Assembly (NCBI GenBank): GCA_964276515.1
Contig: OZ193910.1
Location: forward strand, 5,022,001 to 5,086,000
Origin: Gordius albopunctatus
Taxonomy: Eukaryota
Length of the DNA: 64,000 nucleotides
Reading direction: 5' to 3'
Shown here: piece by piece, positions 1 through 12,891 of the stretch
Position numbering within the stretch: position 1 is the stretch's first letter
How the letters are laid out: every line of letters starts with the position of its first letter
Notes under the pieces: model-generated
What the model saw: the letters and a program-made list of their open reading frames with translations, nothing else
Told to the model about the DNA's origin: nothing
Databases searched by the model: none
Position numbers and translations under genes: made by a program

Positions 1-205
1 ACATTAAAAATCATAGTAACCCTTTATATTTGTTTTTGAACATAAATTTTTTCATTTATATTCGAATCGAATTCGAATCTTTAAATTTTTTTCGAATCGA
101 ATCCAAATCTTTATTTTAATATTCGACGAATGTCGAATCGAATATTTTTTAGTAAAAGAAATCGAATCCGAATCGAATACTAAAAATATTCGATTCGAAA
201 TCCAG
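1..205. repeat. Transposon end fragment with TTCGAATCGAA subterminal repeats
   Basis: Many copies of ttcgaatcgaa/attcgattcg within 200 bp, like the subterminal repeats of hAT-type elements; cut by the window edge. Confidence 0.45.
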
Positions 206-1689
206 AGGCGTAGTTTCTTTCATTTATCTTTTAAATCTTTAAAATATATTATTCTTAAGTTGTCCCCAGTTAGAGGGAACCCGTTCAAAGCTTTACCTGG
301 AATATGCTAATCCCTAAGCACTTTTACCACAAAGCACACGACAAAGAGATTTAAAATGGTGGGCTAGCGATGCGCTCATTGATTATCTATATTCGATAAA
401 AGATGTCAGCCCATGCTCTAATTTAAGGTCATTTCTGTTTGATGGCTCGCGTCACTAATGGCTAGAAGTTTACTCTAGTTGTCTATCTGGGATGATGCTG
501 TTATTCTATAGCGGATGGCGTTTCCGAAACTTGTCTAGATTGCAACTAGACATCCCGTACGCTGCCTGGCAAACAAATCCAAATTTTAGACACAACAAGG
601 CTAGTAGATAAATTCGAAGCCCTCTTAGAAGGACAAAAATCCTATCCATAAAGCCATCGGACCTCTCTTTGGAGGCACGTATGCTCCCCGTTGGTTATTT
701 ATTAATCCCCTGGAGCTATGGCCTTCACTTTTAATATAACTTTAATTGTATCGACTTATTTGCCCAGAATTTATTCCGTATTTATTGCCGAAGCGCAGCA
801 CCTTTTGTAAAGGCTTTAGCCTTTTTACGGCGTAAGGAAAACGTTGTTCGTCGTCATAAAATTTCATACCATTTTTATCAAAATAAACAATTTAAGTTTG
901 CCGAAATTTTTCCTAGAAGTCTTGATGATCTTAGAATAGTTTATTTTTATATTTTGACCCATTTCGTTTTAATCTCTTTTTATACTAATGTTAAACTTTC
1001 GAATCTTAACATTAAATTAAAATAACGTTATTATTTTTGAAACACTTCTTACCTCCCTTTGAGATCTTGGCTACGCACTTGAAATTACTCTACCCATGAA
1101 AATATGATTTAGATTGATAGGTTGATTGTTTAGCCATAAAAGATATGGATCTTAATACTAATGATTATATTCTATTGTAATAAAGAAAATCATAGGAAAA
1201 TCTCAAGACGAGGCTTTTAAAAATTGAGCCGAGTTTTAGACAAGATTTTCGACCTCGAGACGAGCGAGATCTTGACTTTAAAATTTGTTTATTATTATTA
1301 TAATCAATATATAGTAAATTTATTAGTGTATTTTTTATTTTGTGATTCATATTTAGAATAGGAAATGTAAATTAAAATAATTGAAATACTTCTGATTGTT
1401 TACATGCCCAATTAGCCCTGTAAAATTTAAATAATTTTAGATTAATGAATAAAATGCGAGTGGCTTTTAGGGCATGTAAAATTTCTTTAAAATATTTTTA
1501 TTGCATATTTATATCTCTCACATTACTATATAATATAGACATACAGACTTAAAATCACTTTTGATAAATTAGTAAATATTACTAAAGCCGCAACAATTAC
1601 ATGATACTGTCTTGGAGGTAAAAAATCGAAATAATTATAAAACTCGGGTCTTCGGCCCTCGTGGGAAGGGGGAAGGGGAGGAGGGGAAG

Positions 1690-3541
1690 GAAGGGGGAAC
1701 TCATCTACACTCCGTATAAATGTATCATATTTGCTATGCAATTTATGGAAATACTTACGTGAATATTGCAAAACGAAGGTTGGAAGCACTAAATAAGTTT
1801 ATATGCCAAATATCATAAAGGGGGAGAGAGGGAGCGAAGGGGAAGCTTTATGGTTAGTTAAATTCTACGGGAGTTGTATTACCAAAAAGTCATAATAGCA
1901 ATGGTAGGAACAGGAACAATCATAATAGTCAAAAAAAACGAAAAAAAAATTTTCGAATCACATTTTGGCCAAAGGTCATTTTTTCCATTGGTCAGCAGCC
2001 AGGACACGGTAAAAGTGGATATAAATTCATAATAGTCAAAAAAAACGAAAAAAAAGTTTTCGAATCACATTTTGGCCAATGGTTATTTTATTCCATTGGT
2101 CAGCAGCCAGCGGACGGCCAAAAAGTCATAATAGCAATGGTAGGAACAGGAACAATCATAATAGTCAAAAAAAACAGAAAAAATAATTTCGATTCACATT
2201 TTGGCCAATGGTCATTTTTTTCCATTGGTCAGCAGCCAGGACACGGTAAAAGTGGATATAAATTCATAACAGTCAAAAAAAACGAAAAAAAAATTTTCGA
2301 ATCACATTTTGGCCAATGGTCATTTTATTCCATTGGTCAGCAGCCAGCGGACGGCCAAAAAGTTATAATAGCAATGGTAGGAACAGGAACAATCATAATA
2401 TTCAAAAAAAACGAAAAAATAAACTCGGATACACATTTTGGCCAATGGTTATTTTTTTCATTGGTCAGCAGCCAGCGGATGGCCAAAAAATCTTATTATC
2501 ATTGATAGTAACAAGAACAATCATAGGAGTCAAAAAAAACTCCGGGATTCTAACCCAAAAACTAGATAAATTGCATAGCAATTATTAAAAAGTATAGGGT
2601 AATTATCAATGTTAACCTATTCAAAAACGAACAAAAAATTTTGATTTATTTGGCCAATGGTAATTTTTTTCAATTATCAATGTTAACTTATTCAAAAAGG
2701 AAAAACGAAAAATTAGGATTTATTTGGCCAATGTTCATTTTTTCATTGGTCAGTAGCCAGCGGACGGTCAAAAAGTCATATTATCAATGGTATTAACAAG
2801 AACAAAATATTAAATCAATTAAAAAAATAAAAATTTTGCCCTCTCCGGGATTCGAACCCACATTAAATAGAGGCATAAGCCTTTGGAGGGGAACAGGGAA
2901 CCATATAAATAGAGCCATAGGCCCTTGTAGGGGAGGGCATAGGGTAATTATCAATGTTAAACTATTCAAAAACGAAAAATTAAAAATTTCGATTTATCTG
3001 GCCAGTGGTCATTTTTTCATTGGTCAGTAGCCTGCGGACGGTCAAAAATTCATATTATCAATGGTATTAACAAGAACAATATATTAATTTAATTTAAAAA
3101 AAAATAAAAATTTTTGTCCTCTCCGGGTCTCGAACCATCAATTTAGAACGTTCGCCGGGATTCAAACCCACATTAAATAGAGGCATAAGCCTTTGGAGGG
3201 GAACAGGGAACCATATAAATAGAGCCATAGGCCCTTGTAGGGGAGGGCATAGGGTAATTATCAATGTTAAACTATTCAAAAACGAAAAATTAAAAATTTC
3301 GATTTATCTGGCCAGTGGTCATTTTTTCATTGGTCAGTAGCCTGCGGACGGTCAAAAAGTCATATTATTAATGGTATTAACAAGAAAAAAATATTAATTT
3401 AATTTAAAAAAAAAAAAAAATTTTTGTCCTCTCCGGGTCTCGAACCCGCAACCTCCAGGTCGGGAAGCTGGTGTAAATAACTTGGTGGACGGACGGACGG
3501 ACGGACAACCAAAAACGAGCCCATAAATTGCATAGCAATTA
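1690..3541 (-). mobile_element. DINE-1/Helentron-associated-like non-autonomous element with central tandem repeats
   Basis: Minus strand begins TAATTGCTATGCAATTTATGGG, then a (GTCC)n microsatellite (3487-3507); inverted copy of the terminal motif at ~1729-1748; internal ~118/237-bp and ~300-bp tandem units; end of a second copy at ~3545-3645; related pieces at ~5590-5720 and ~39990-40380. Confidence 0.6.
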
Positions 3542-3994
3542 AAACCGCCCCTGGTGGGAGGAGAGGGGAGTGAGGGAACGGGGAACGAAACTCATCTATA
3601 CTCCGTATAAACGTAGCATATTTGCTCTGCAATTTATGGGCGAGAAAAGTGGGAAGGGTCGATAAGCAGGGAGTCAGATAATACTCGTACAACGTTATAG
3701 TTATTTTATAGGAGTTTTTACAAAAATTTAGCTTTTTAAATATTTGTATGAAAAAACTAAGTTATCATTTTGCATTTTATACTTGATTTTGAGGAATAGG
3801 GTTTCTTTCATTCATTCTTATTTATCAACTTATAAATTAATCAAAATGGCGAAAGGAAAGCAAATAGATCCTTCCAAAACGTACAACTTTCAATTTAGAG
3901 TTTTTTTTTATACTGTATAAATTTAAACAATTTGGTGTAGGCGAACCCATAATTTGAATTAAGACTATAGACTATTCAAATCATGCGTATATGT

Positions 3995-5344
3995 TAGAGG
4001 TGTGCACGGATCAAATTTTTTTGATCCGATCGGAGGGGTTTTGAAAAATTTTATATCCATCTGATCCGAGTTCTTTAAAATCTAAATCCGATCCGAGTTT
4101 TTTAAAATCTAAATCCGATCCGAAATTTTTTAATTAAAATTTTACGAATAGAACTTTTTATTGATGATTAAATTCAAAATACATAAAAATAAAGTATAGC
4201 AATTTTAATAGTCCTGAAATAAATATAAAATTTTATTTTAATAATTCCATATTATCATATAAAAATAATAAAGAAACTAAATTTTCTGGTTTAATTCGCG
4301 TTCTTCTTCTAATGTTTTTCCAGCCACCGAGAAATTTCTTTCCGATGTGGTAGAGGTAGCAGGTATAGCTAAAACTTTATTTGTCAGCTTATAAAGCCCT
4401 GGCAGGACTGTTTGATATGAAACCCACCTCAGCGAGAGGTTTGGTAACAAATTTGTCAATTGTATTTTTAGCTGATGTCTTTGGAATACATTTATGATGC
4501 AAAAGATGGGAACTACCTAGAATGGAATTATATGTGTAGATATAATGGAATTTTTTGGAGATAACATAACCGGTGTATGTATCATTTTCATTTAGAAGGT
4601 CAAAGTAACTCCAAATTTGACTTTCTTTTTCCGTCTTCTCTTTTAACTTGTTGAAGCATATTTCTTTTAAATTTTTTTATTATTTCTTCCATGACGGTTT
4701 TTAATATAATAAACAATATTGTTGTATTTGCTAGCTGTTACGAATCCCAATGATTATTTCCAACACCCCCCCCCCCATTATTTTTCCCCTCAAGTCAGCA
4801 TGACTCACACTATCTCGTCAACGACAATATCCCTGCACCATGGAGATTGTTTCTAAGAAGGCAAGCTACATCATTCATGATTACCCGGAATCAAGAGGGA
4901 AAGGAGCTACGCGACGCGTTTGCTTTAAGGAAAGAGGAGATTGTGATTGATGATTTTCGGAGTTGAGATAGAAAGAGATGCGTGTGCTAAAAAGGAAACG
5001 GGAGATGCTGATTTATCATTGACACTAGCTCCTTTCTCGCCAAACAAGAAAGTCTAGCTAGGGAAAAACGCTAAGGAAATACTGATAAATATGTTAGCGT
5101 AAGTAAGGTGGTATTGGGCATCAAAAATGGTAAAGTAAAAAAAGAATGCAAAGATAATTATGAAAAGGTATACTAAAAATTATTAATTTAATTAATTAGA
5201 ACTTATTATTGTTTATTTTAGATTTAAAAATCCGATCCGATCCGACTAAAAAAATATGTTGATCCGATCCGACATCCAAAATTAAATTGTTGATCCCATC
5301 CGATCCGAGTTCGGACGGATGGGATTGATCCGTGCACACGTCTA
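3995..5344 (-). mobile_element. Non-autonomous hAT transposon with transposase dimerization-domain remnant
   Basis: TIR TAGAGGTGTGCACGGATCAA ... TTGATCCGTGCACACGTCTA; perfect 8-bp TSD GTATATGT; GATCC subterminal repeats; LAIPATSTTSERNFSVAG in ORF 4277-4459; probable secondary insert ~4737-5120. Confidence 0.9.
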
Positions 5345-6409
5345 GTATATGTATAGTGTAAAAAACAAGGAAGCAGCAATGAAATGGTAACAATTTATCT
5401 AAAATAGCGAGTAAAAGAATGGATCATGGTGCGAATATTAGATGCAACGGTAAAAATTTTGCACTATATTCAGGGCTAGGTTAGTGGATAGCAGTTTTAT
5501 TAACAAAAAGAGACGGGGCAAACCAATTTGTCAGATTATATATATAAAGAACCTTGTAAGGGGTGTGGGAAAGAAATTATATAAGGGCAAAAAATATAAT
5601 AAAAATTTTTGATATACACTTTGGCTCATTTTTTCCATTGGTCAGCAGTCAGGGGACGGTCAAAAAGGATATAAATAATAAGAGACAAAAAAACAAAAAA
5701 AATTTGGATTCTAATAATTCACACAGGTGCATAACCAGGTTTTGAATTAGGAGGGGGGGGGGTGAATATGTTTTAAGTTCAAAAGGGGGGGGGGCAAAAC
5801 ATAATTTTTAGGGTTTTTGTAATGAAAATTTTGTCATATAAGTAGGCCCATGAATTCACAATAATTTGGTGAAAATTTAAATATAAAAATTTTTTAAAGG
5901 TAGAGATGAAGGTTTTCAACATCAGGACGAGATTCTCTTAATGGCCCCCGAGACAAGATTAGGCTTCCTAAACCGAGACGATATCAAAACACTAATTATC
6001 TAACACTTTTATGGCCATAAATTACAACAGTTATCTTATAATGAGGTGTGCTTTTGATGTTAATTTCATAGTCATTGTGCATTATTATATAAAAATTAAG
6101 ATTTAAATGTGTGCAAGATAGATTAATAGATGCTACCCTGAGCAGATTAAAAAATGAGTTGATTATATCATTTGCATATATAAAAACCTTTTAATTAACT
6201 TATATAGCTGCTCAGGCACAGAGAAAATTGCCTGCATTAGTTCTTATTGCTTTCACTTAGCCACTCTCATATATTCATCTTATACATGTAGCACCTCATG
6301 GACCATAGAGAATATGCCCGTCATGACACCTGAGTTAGAGCAAGTAAGGGATTCACCAACAACTTTAAGGAACGAGATAATTTTATTTACATTAAATTAC
6401 AAATTTTTA

Positions 6410-7579
6410 TTACTCAAATATATCATCTAACTCTTCGATTTTGTTGTTTTTATAACCAGTCTTCTTGGCTAATATTTGTTTCTTAGCTTCCACTCGTCTA
6501 ACATATTTTTCAGACATAGTCTTTTTGAGCATTCGGTAATGCTAAAATATAGCAGATAAGATATAGGTTATTCACTTAACAAACATTTGGAATGCTAATA
6601 TTAAAGCATCATATTTACCTGATTTGGGGGAATATATGAAGGATTTTCCCAAAGAATTGCACCAGAGAAACTACCACCAAAAATTTTGATAGGGTTTAAA
6701 GTAAAACGTGGCCCTTAAACAATGAAATTGATTGAATTAATTATAACTTACCAATTTCTGCCATATCATTATTTTCATGATCAACTATTTGATAATTTCT
6801 AAACCATATACGATTGTCAAGATATGATATTTGTATGACATGATCAATAAAAGGTTGACTTTTTGGATGATTCAATGGCACATTGAAAATAGAAGACAAA
6901 AGTGCTTTGATAATAGATAAATGGGTAAATTTTTCAAATTCCTTTGAGAAAACTTTTAAATTTATTAATATCTAATTTACTTGGCTGAATGATAAAATAG
7001 GCCTTGATCCCCTTAAGCAGTTGCCGGTCATTTTGAGTTCACCCATAGTATGCAGGTTTTCAACTAAAAACTTACAAGAAGGACCATTGGGAACTTTGGA
7101 TATCCTTAAAACGTATAGAACAAAAATAATTTTCCTACCACATATAAAGATCTCTTTGTTTTTTCATTTCTAGATACAAACAATTTTGACAATTTTTCAT
7201 ATCAGAAATCTAACAAATAAATTATTTAAACAATTGTTTTACTTCATTAAGAGTAACTAATGACTCCTTTTTTTCAACTTTGGACTCTACAAAACTTACA
7301 TAAAAATATAATTAGTAAACCTGTTTTAGAATGGGGCATCATTAAATGAAAATTTTTTAATAAATGTCTGCCTTGATAAGAAATGCCTCTGGAACATAAT
7401 AACATAACTCTTTGCTTATTTTTCCATATAGCAGGTGGGAGGGAGAGCTTTACTTACATTTAATAAAAATATTGGCAAAGTACCTCGTTTGATGCAACAT
7501 TTTCCTCTATTTTTTTCACCTTCTTTTTAGGTTTAATAGGCAGCGACTCTTTTTTTAGTTTTTTATTTATTATAGGCAT
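6410..7579 (-). CDS. BRIX1: Ribosome biogenesis protein BRX1 homolog (Brix domain), 8 coding exons
   Basis: Exons 7484-7579, 7321-7447, 7243-7286, 7139-7209, 6981-7104, 6752-6941, 6619-6713, 6410-6541 with GT-AG introns; peptides WKNKQRVMLLCSRGI, HTMGELKMTGNCLRGSRPILSF, IWFRNYQI, EIGPRFTLNPIKIFGGSF. Confidence 0.95.
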
Positions 7580-9041
7580 AGAGACAAAATATGACAATAT
7601 GACATTAAAGTACAATCCGGTTATCAATAATATTAATTCATTTTTAACTACTATATTAGCAATAGTTAGTTTATAATCTATCATAGAATTTGTTTAAGTA
7701 TAATAAGAAAACACTTACAATTTGGTAAAACCTTATTTAGTAAAGTGAAAAATAAACTTGATTAAGCATCCTTTGTAAATAACTTAAATAAATTCAAAAC
7801 GATCTCGTCTAATCTTTGTAATATTCGATTGCAATAATATAATCAAAATTATTCTGCATGAAATAAAAAAATTAGCAGGTTTGTATTAATGCAACGTAGA
7901 AACATTTATTCCACCTTAAATATCAATATTATTACCACCATGAATGTAGCTAGCAATTGAATTAGAAGGAGGCAATAATGATTTAGGGAGGTTCAATATG
8001 ATCATTTTTTTATATTTTAGTCATACCTTTAATAAATTCTTGGATTTATATGGGCGCCACCCCTCTTTATCTACGCTCATGATTATTATTTTTAATTTAA
8101 AGTTTAGGCGATGTTAACACGTAGCAACTGGTGAGTTATAATTATTTGCATCACTTATCCTTTACATATTTGTTAATTTTTATTCGCTTTCAAAACTGTG
8201 GTCTACGTTTAATAGTTTTTATTGTTATGTACGTATCATCTTCATAGTTTTTATTCGCGCTGATATTTGGATTATTGAGCTGGCTTTGATAACATCAAAG
8301 TTTTAGGTCAATGTACGTACTGTTACCGCAGGTTAATATTTAGGCGGAATTGGTTGGATTTCTCGAACACCACTTTTTAATTACGTCATTAAAATCTGCT
8401 ATTAATTACTCACTGCTCGAAGATTTCGCACATACTGAATATTGCATTGCATATCAGCAGCAACAAGCAAATAATTGGGGGGGGGTGGGAGGTGAATTAA
8501 GGCACGAATTAGGTGTGCGTATAGGATGGGTGTGGTGTGTTTAGGTTGGAACAAGTTGAAAACCGGGTGTGTTCACGTTGGAACCGGGTGGAACAAGGTT
8601 GGAAGGGAGAATGTGCAGGAGAGAACGGGGATGTGTGTATCGTTCCCACCCCGAACATAACATAACGATAAGGTTGTATAAGGTTCGCAAGATACGCATA
8701 TAACACACACCCCACACACCCCTTAAATTTATCACACACAACACACAACATATACTACTACTAACACTGATATCCCGTATAGCATAGTATATGCATATCC
8801 CAACACTTTATTTATCAAAATTTATTAACATATAGGCGGCGTCATATTAATTAAATTTTTATATAATAAAAATCTTAATTTTTTTTAAATAATAACCAAA
8901 AACTATTTTTTCTTCATTTAAAATTGTAAATATTTAAAAAGTTTGATGCATCTTGAAAAAGGAAAATAGTTAAAGTAAAATAAAAATTTATTCTTAAATT
9001 TATCGCATAAAACAAGAGATTTTTATCAGGTTAACCTGAGG

Positions 9042-10262
9042 TAGAGGTCTGCATGGGCCGAAATTTTAGGTTCAGGCCCAGCCCATACCCGCACAAATAT
9101 AAATTTTTTGGCCCGCACCCGGCCCGCAATAAAATCACAAAAATTGGGCCTCATCAGCCCCGCACGAGTAAAAACAAGTCTACGCTGTTTCAAAATTATT
9201 TATTTGTATAAATTTTTTTTTGTATTGTTCGTGAAATAATTTAAATGTAGCATATAAAATCGGTTCTAATTAAAAATTACAATTTAATATTGTCATTTAA
9301 AACTAAAAGAGTATATATTCTATCAGTCAATAATTTCGTTCTTCTCTGATATATAAGACGACTTACCTTACTGAATGTGAGTTTACTCGTAGCCGTAGCC
9401 ATTGGAATTCACAAAAACTGACTAGCTTATTTTGGTAAGTTTGGTAACTAACATAAGTTGGTGTTTCGACCATAAAAATACACCTAGCTGAGCATCCTCA
9501 GGTTTAGATTTGATTTAAGATGTATCAACTTCGTGGAAATCTTCAATTTTTCCGTTTCATCATCGTCCCAAATAAAAAAAATAGATAATTGCTTAGTGTT
9601 GCACACCTGACCTGATTAATCATAGTTGGACCACTTATGCAAGAAGATCTATGTCGGAAGACCGAGGATTACCGTAGTTTTTAAGAAGTTTCTTTAATAC
9701 TCGGGTAGCATTTTCATCGTGCGAAACTAAGAAACAAGAAAGGTTGATATTTTATGATAACTTTCGATATTAAACTTTGAAATTAGCATAGTTTGGGCTC
9801 TTGACTTAAATTTGTAGATAAATCCTTAAGTCAACAGGATCATCATTACACGTAGTTGAAGGAAACAAAATTGGAATGCTTTTTAATGATGTATAAAAGG
9901 GTAATATTTTATAGAGTGTTGAACTTGATGCTTGCCTTTTTAAAATATACCTTCAAATTTTTCCATTAAATCTTTGGCAGATTAAAAATGACTAGATTAT
10001 CATACATCTCATTCAAACTTATTCATATTATAATTTTTGAGTTCCACCAGATTTGCTTGGAAAAATAAATTTTTTATTATCATTAAGCTAATAAGTGCAT
10101 TTTTTTGTTTCTATATTAAAATTAGAGTATGAAAATAAATAATTTCCAAATTTTCACTTTTCAAAGCCCAAGACCGGCCCGCACTTTATTTATTGCTCAA
10201 TTTTAGGTCCGGCTCGGCCCGCGCTTGGGCCTGCGGGCTGGCCCGGCCCATGCAAACCTCTA
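9042..10262 (-). mobile_element. Degenerate hAT transposon nested in another hAT-like MITE (to ~10433)
   Basis: TIR TAGAGGTCTGCATGGGCCG ... CGGCCATGCAAACCTCTA; TSD ACCTGAGG/AACTGAGG (7/8); GGCCC subterminal repeats; decayed dimerization-domain motif ~9300-9420; flanks carry ACCTGA repeats ending in GATCATCACTA. Confidence 0.8.
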
Positions 10263-11894
10263 AACTGAGGTCAATCTGGGGTTTCAGGTTGGGTGTAAAA
10301 TTGACCTGAAGGTTTTTCAGGTTGATTTTCGGGATCAACCTCAGGTTAAGGTTCGGGTGTTCAAAAACCTGAACCTAAAATCGACCTGAGGTTGGACCTC
10401 GGGAAAACCTGACCTAGGTTTTGATCATCACTATTTCGCACTACACAAAATTTTTGATTTCTGAAGGATTACGATTATTTCCCATCCACATTTATTACTA
10501 TAATTCCTACATTCATCAAATAAATGATCTTATCTATACCTGAGACTGAGTGCGACGTGCAAACTAGCTAAACATGAAGAGCCACTTTCCTTCCACACCA
10601 TCTAACCATGAGCCCGAGTTCGACGCCCAAACTAGCAGACAATGTAAAACCTGCAAGTCCTCTTTCCAGAATCCCAAGGAAGTGTCGTATCGTATTCTAT
10701 ATTTATATGCTTATACTATTCGCTTGCATGTTCTGCTTTACTTTAATGCTTCCTGCTACTAACAACACTGATCTTAGCTTTAACATACTAACACACTAAT
10801 CAACTAACAACTGAACAGGTAACCTCTGGTTAGCGTGGCCCGATATGCACTTATGGTGTTAGATGTGACTCAATCTTAGCTTGCCGATTTAGCTAAGCTC
10901 TTGTTTGTCATCGGGGCTTATACATACATACATAATTTCCACATTCATGATGATTATCCCCATCCATATTCATCCCGATATTTCCCCCTTCTGTTTTATT
11001 TACATTTTTCTTTCATTCTGTTTTTATGGTTGATATTACTCCCATTAGCCCTCCATCTTTCAAGGTCATATTAGAAAAACTATAAGAGAGATGTCCCTGG
11101 TTTGTAATTTTTATTATTAATTTTAGTAACTGTCAAACCCATCCTTATATAATCCATGCTATAATTCAAAAAATATCAAGTTATTTTATCCGTGTCAGAA
11201 GCTGATATTGGTATCTAATGACACAAGTCATGGACATTATAATGATTGGTTTAGCTGGGTTTACCTAGTAAAGTAATTTAATATATATTTTAAATGGCTA
11301 TGGCGATAAACCAGCTTGATATATATCCTTAACTCACGTGAAAACTTTTTTTGAGTTCAATTAATTATCTTTTAGGGGGTTAAAAAAATTTGATTATATT
11401 TTTAATGCACCATAAAGAGTAAAGCTTTATTATATTACATAATTTCCTCTAAATATATATAATACAGCGATCATGGATTCATAATGGTATTAATTATTAG
11501 ATAATCGCGATTATGGTGTTGTAGAGGTGATTCCCATTCAACCACATTTATTTCGCAATGAAACGTGGGAATTTCTAAGGGGGATTTCGGATTTTTCGAA
11601 CATTTTTTAAAATTATCCTCCAAATTAAACAGCGCGTCCAGACTACTTCTCAGGGTGTGGAATCCTGCGGGATCTCGTAAAAGATCGAGAGGAGTTAAGC
11701 CTTGGAAAAATGTCTCCTAAACATAAAATTCAATTCGATAAAATTAAAGGTTAAATATAAATAGGATTTATACAAGTAGGTTAATAATCATCTAGGTATA
11801 AAATATTAAGTAAAATTGAATTTTTTAATATAAATAGTATATGATGATTGATAGGTCGGTGTTTTGTTTTGGGTCCCGCCTTTTTTCATAGTTA

Positions 11895-12059
11895 CATGGT
11901 TGTAGCCAAGGGGGGACAGGGAAGGGCGGCTGCCCCCTTTAAATCCAAAAATTTGTTGAATTTTAATAAAAATTATGGCTAAAAATTCAAAAAATGTTCT
12001 TTTGCCCCTCCCTAAATCATTATTGCCCCCCTATGATTCCAATGCTGGCTACGTGCATG
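11895..12059. mobile_element. Short hAT-type MITE (CATGGG...CCCATG family)
   Basis: Ends CATGGTTGTAGCC / GGCTACGTGCATG; perfect 8-bp TSD CATAGTTA; G/C tracts inside; relatives at 7939, 14169, 24404, 33834. Confidence 0.85.
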
Positions 12060-12891
12060 CATAGTTATCTATGTGAAATAAAAAATAATATAACCCCTTC
12101 ATCCTTCATTAACAAAGCCTCGATACCTCCATCGCATCCGGCCAAGCCTATTTTAAAGGCGTACACGAACTGTAATTGACTACCTGTGGAATAACAATAA
12201 AATTTGATCGATTATCTTTGATATCCAAAGGTACCAAATTAGAAAAGTCAAAATATATTTCGACGACATTTCGACCTTTGTACATTAATATTGTTTAAAT
12301 ATAAGTTTAATAACTTTTTTTCTTTTTTTCAATAGTAAGTAAGGTTAATTGAAAAAAATACCCAAAATCCATATAAATTACATGTTTCGTGGACCCGACA
12401 TTGAGGGCAATTGAAAAATCCAACGTCATCAATGACCTGACATGGCAAGGCATTAAACAACCAGTTTTCGTTGTGGGACATAGTACTATTTAAATATACC
12501 ATTTAAATTATAGATTAATTCTTATTAAATAGATAAATTTGTGATGCAATTGTGTATATATTAGCGAATAATTTTCCTGCATTAAATTGCATAAAATGTT
12601 TACAAACATGTTTTGATGTCAGAGTTTAAAAATCGTACACACCTATTGTAAATAAAAATTATCTTTAAATAATAGCATATTACCAATTTAGACAGCATAT
12701 AAAAGCAAAAAAAAACGATTTAAAATGACGTTTTTAAATAACTTTAAACATATTCAACGATGGAGATGACCATCCAAGCACTTGTCACAAACATTTTTCA
12801 TGCGATTTTCGATATTTATTAATAAAAATTCGCAAATGTTGTATAACATAGTATTTTAACAAAGCAATGGATATTGAATTTCCAAATGATT

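Noticed and set aside
270..840. LINE 3' remnant with a terminal hairpin
   Set aside because: GC-richer and TE-like, but no recognisable protein motif to support a call
1880..3420. CRISPR-like array, and ORFs 2137-2505 and 2316-2588
   Set aside because: Whole units repeat with no unique spacers; no cas genes; eukaryotic context; the ORFs are repeat translations
3424..3500. Functional tRNA-Gly(CCC) gene
   Set aside because: No D arm or A box, poor acceptor stem, embedded in a repeat
8490..8760. Telomere-like repeats near POT1
   Set aside because: GT-rich but irregular, with no constant telomeric unit; more likely a MITE remnant
10541..10935. LTR- or SINE-like insert ending in (TACA)n
   Set aside because: Termini and TSD are ambiguous; cannot be classified from this window
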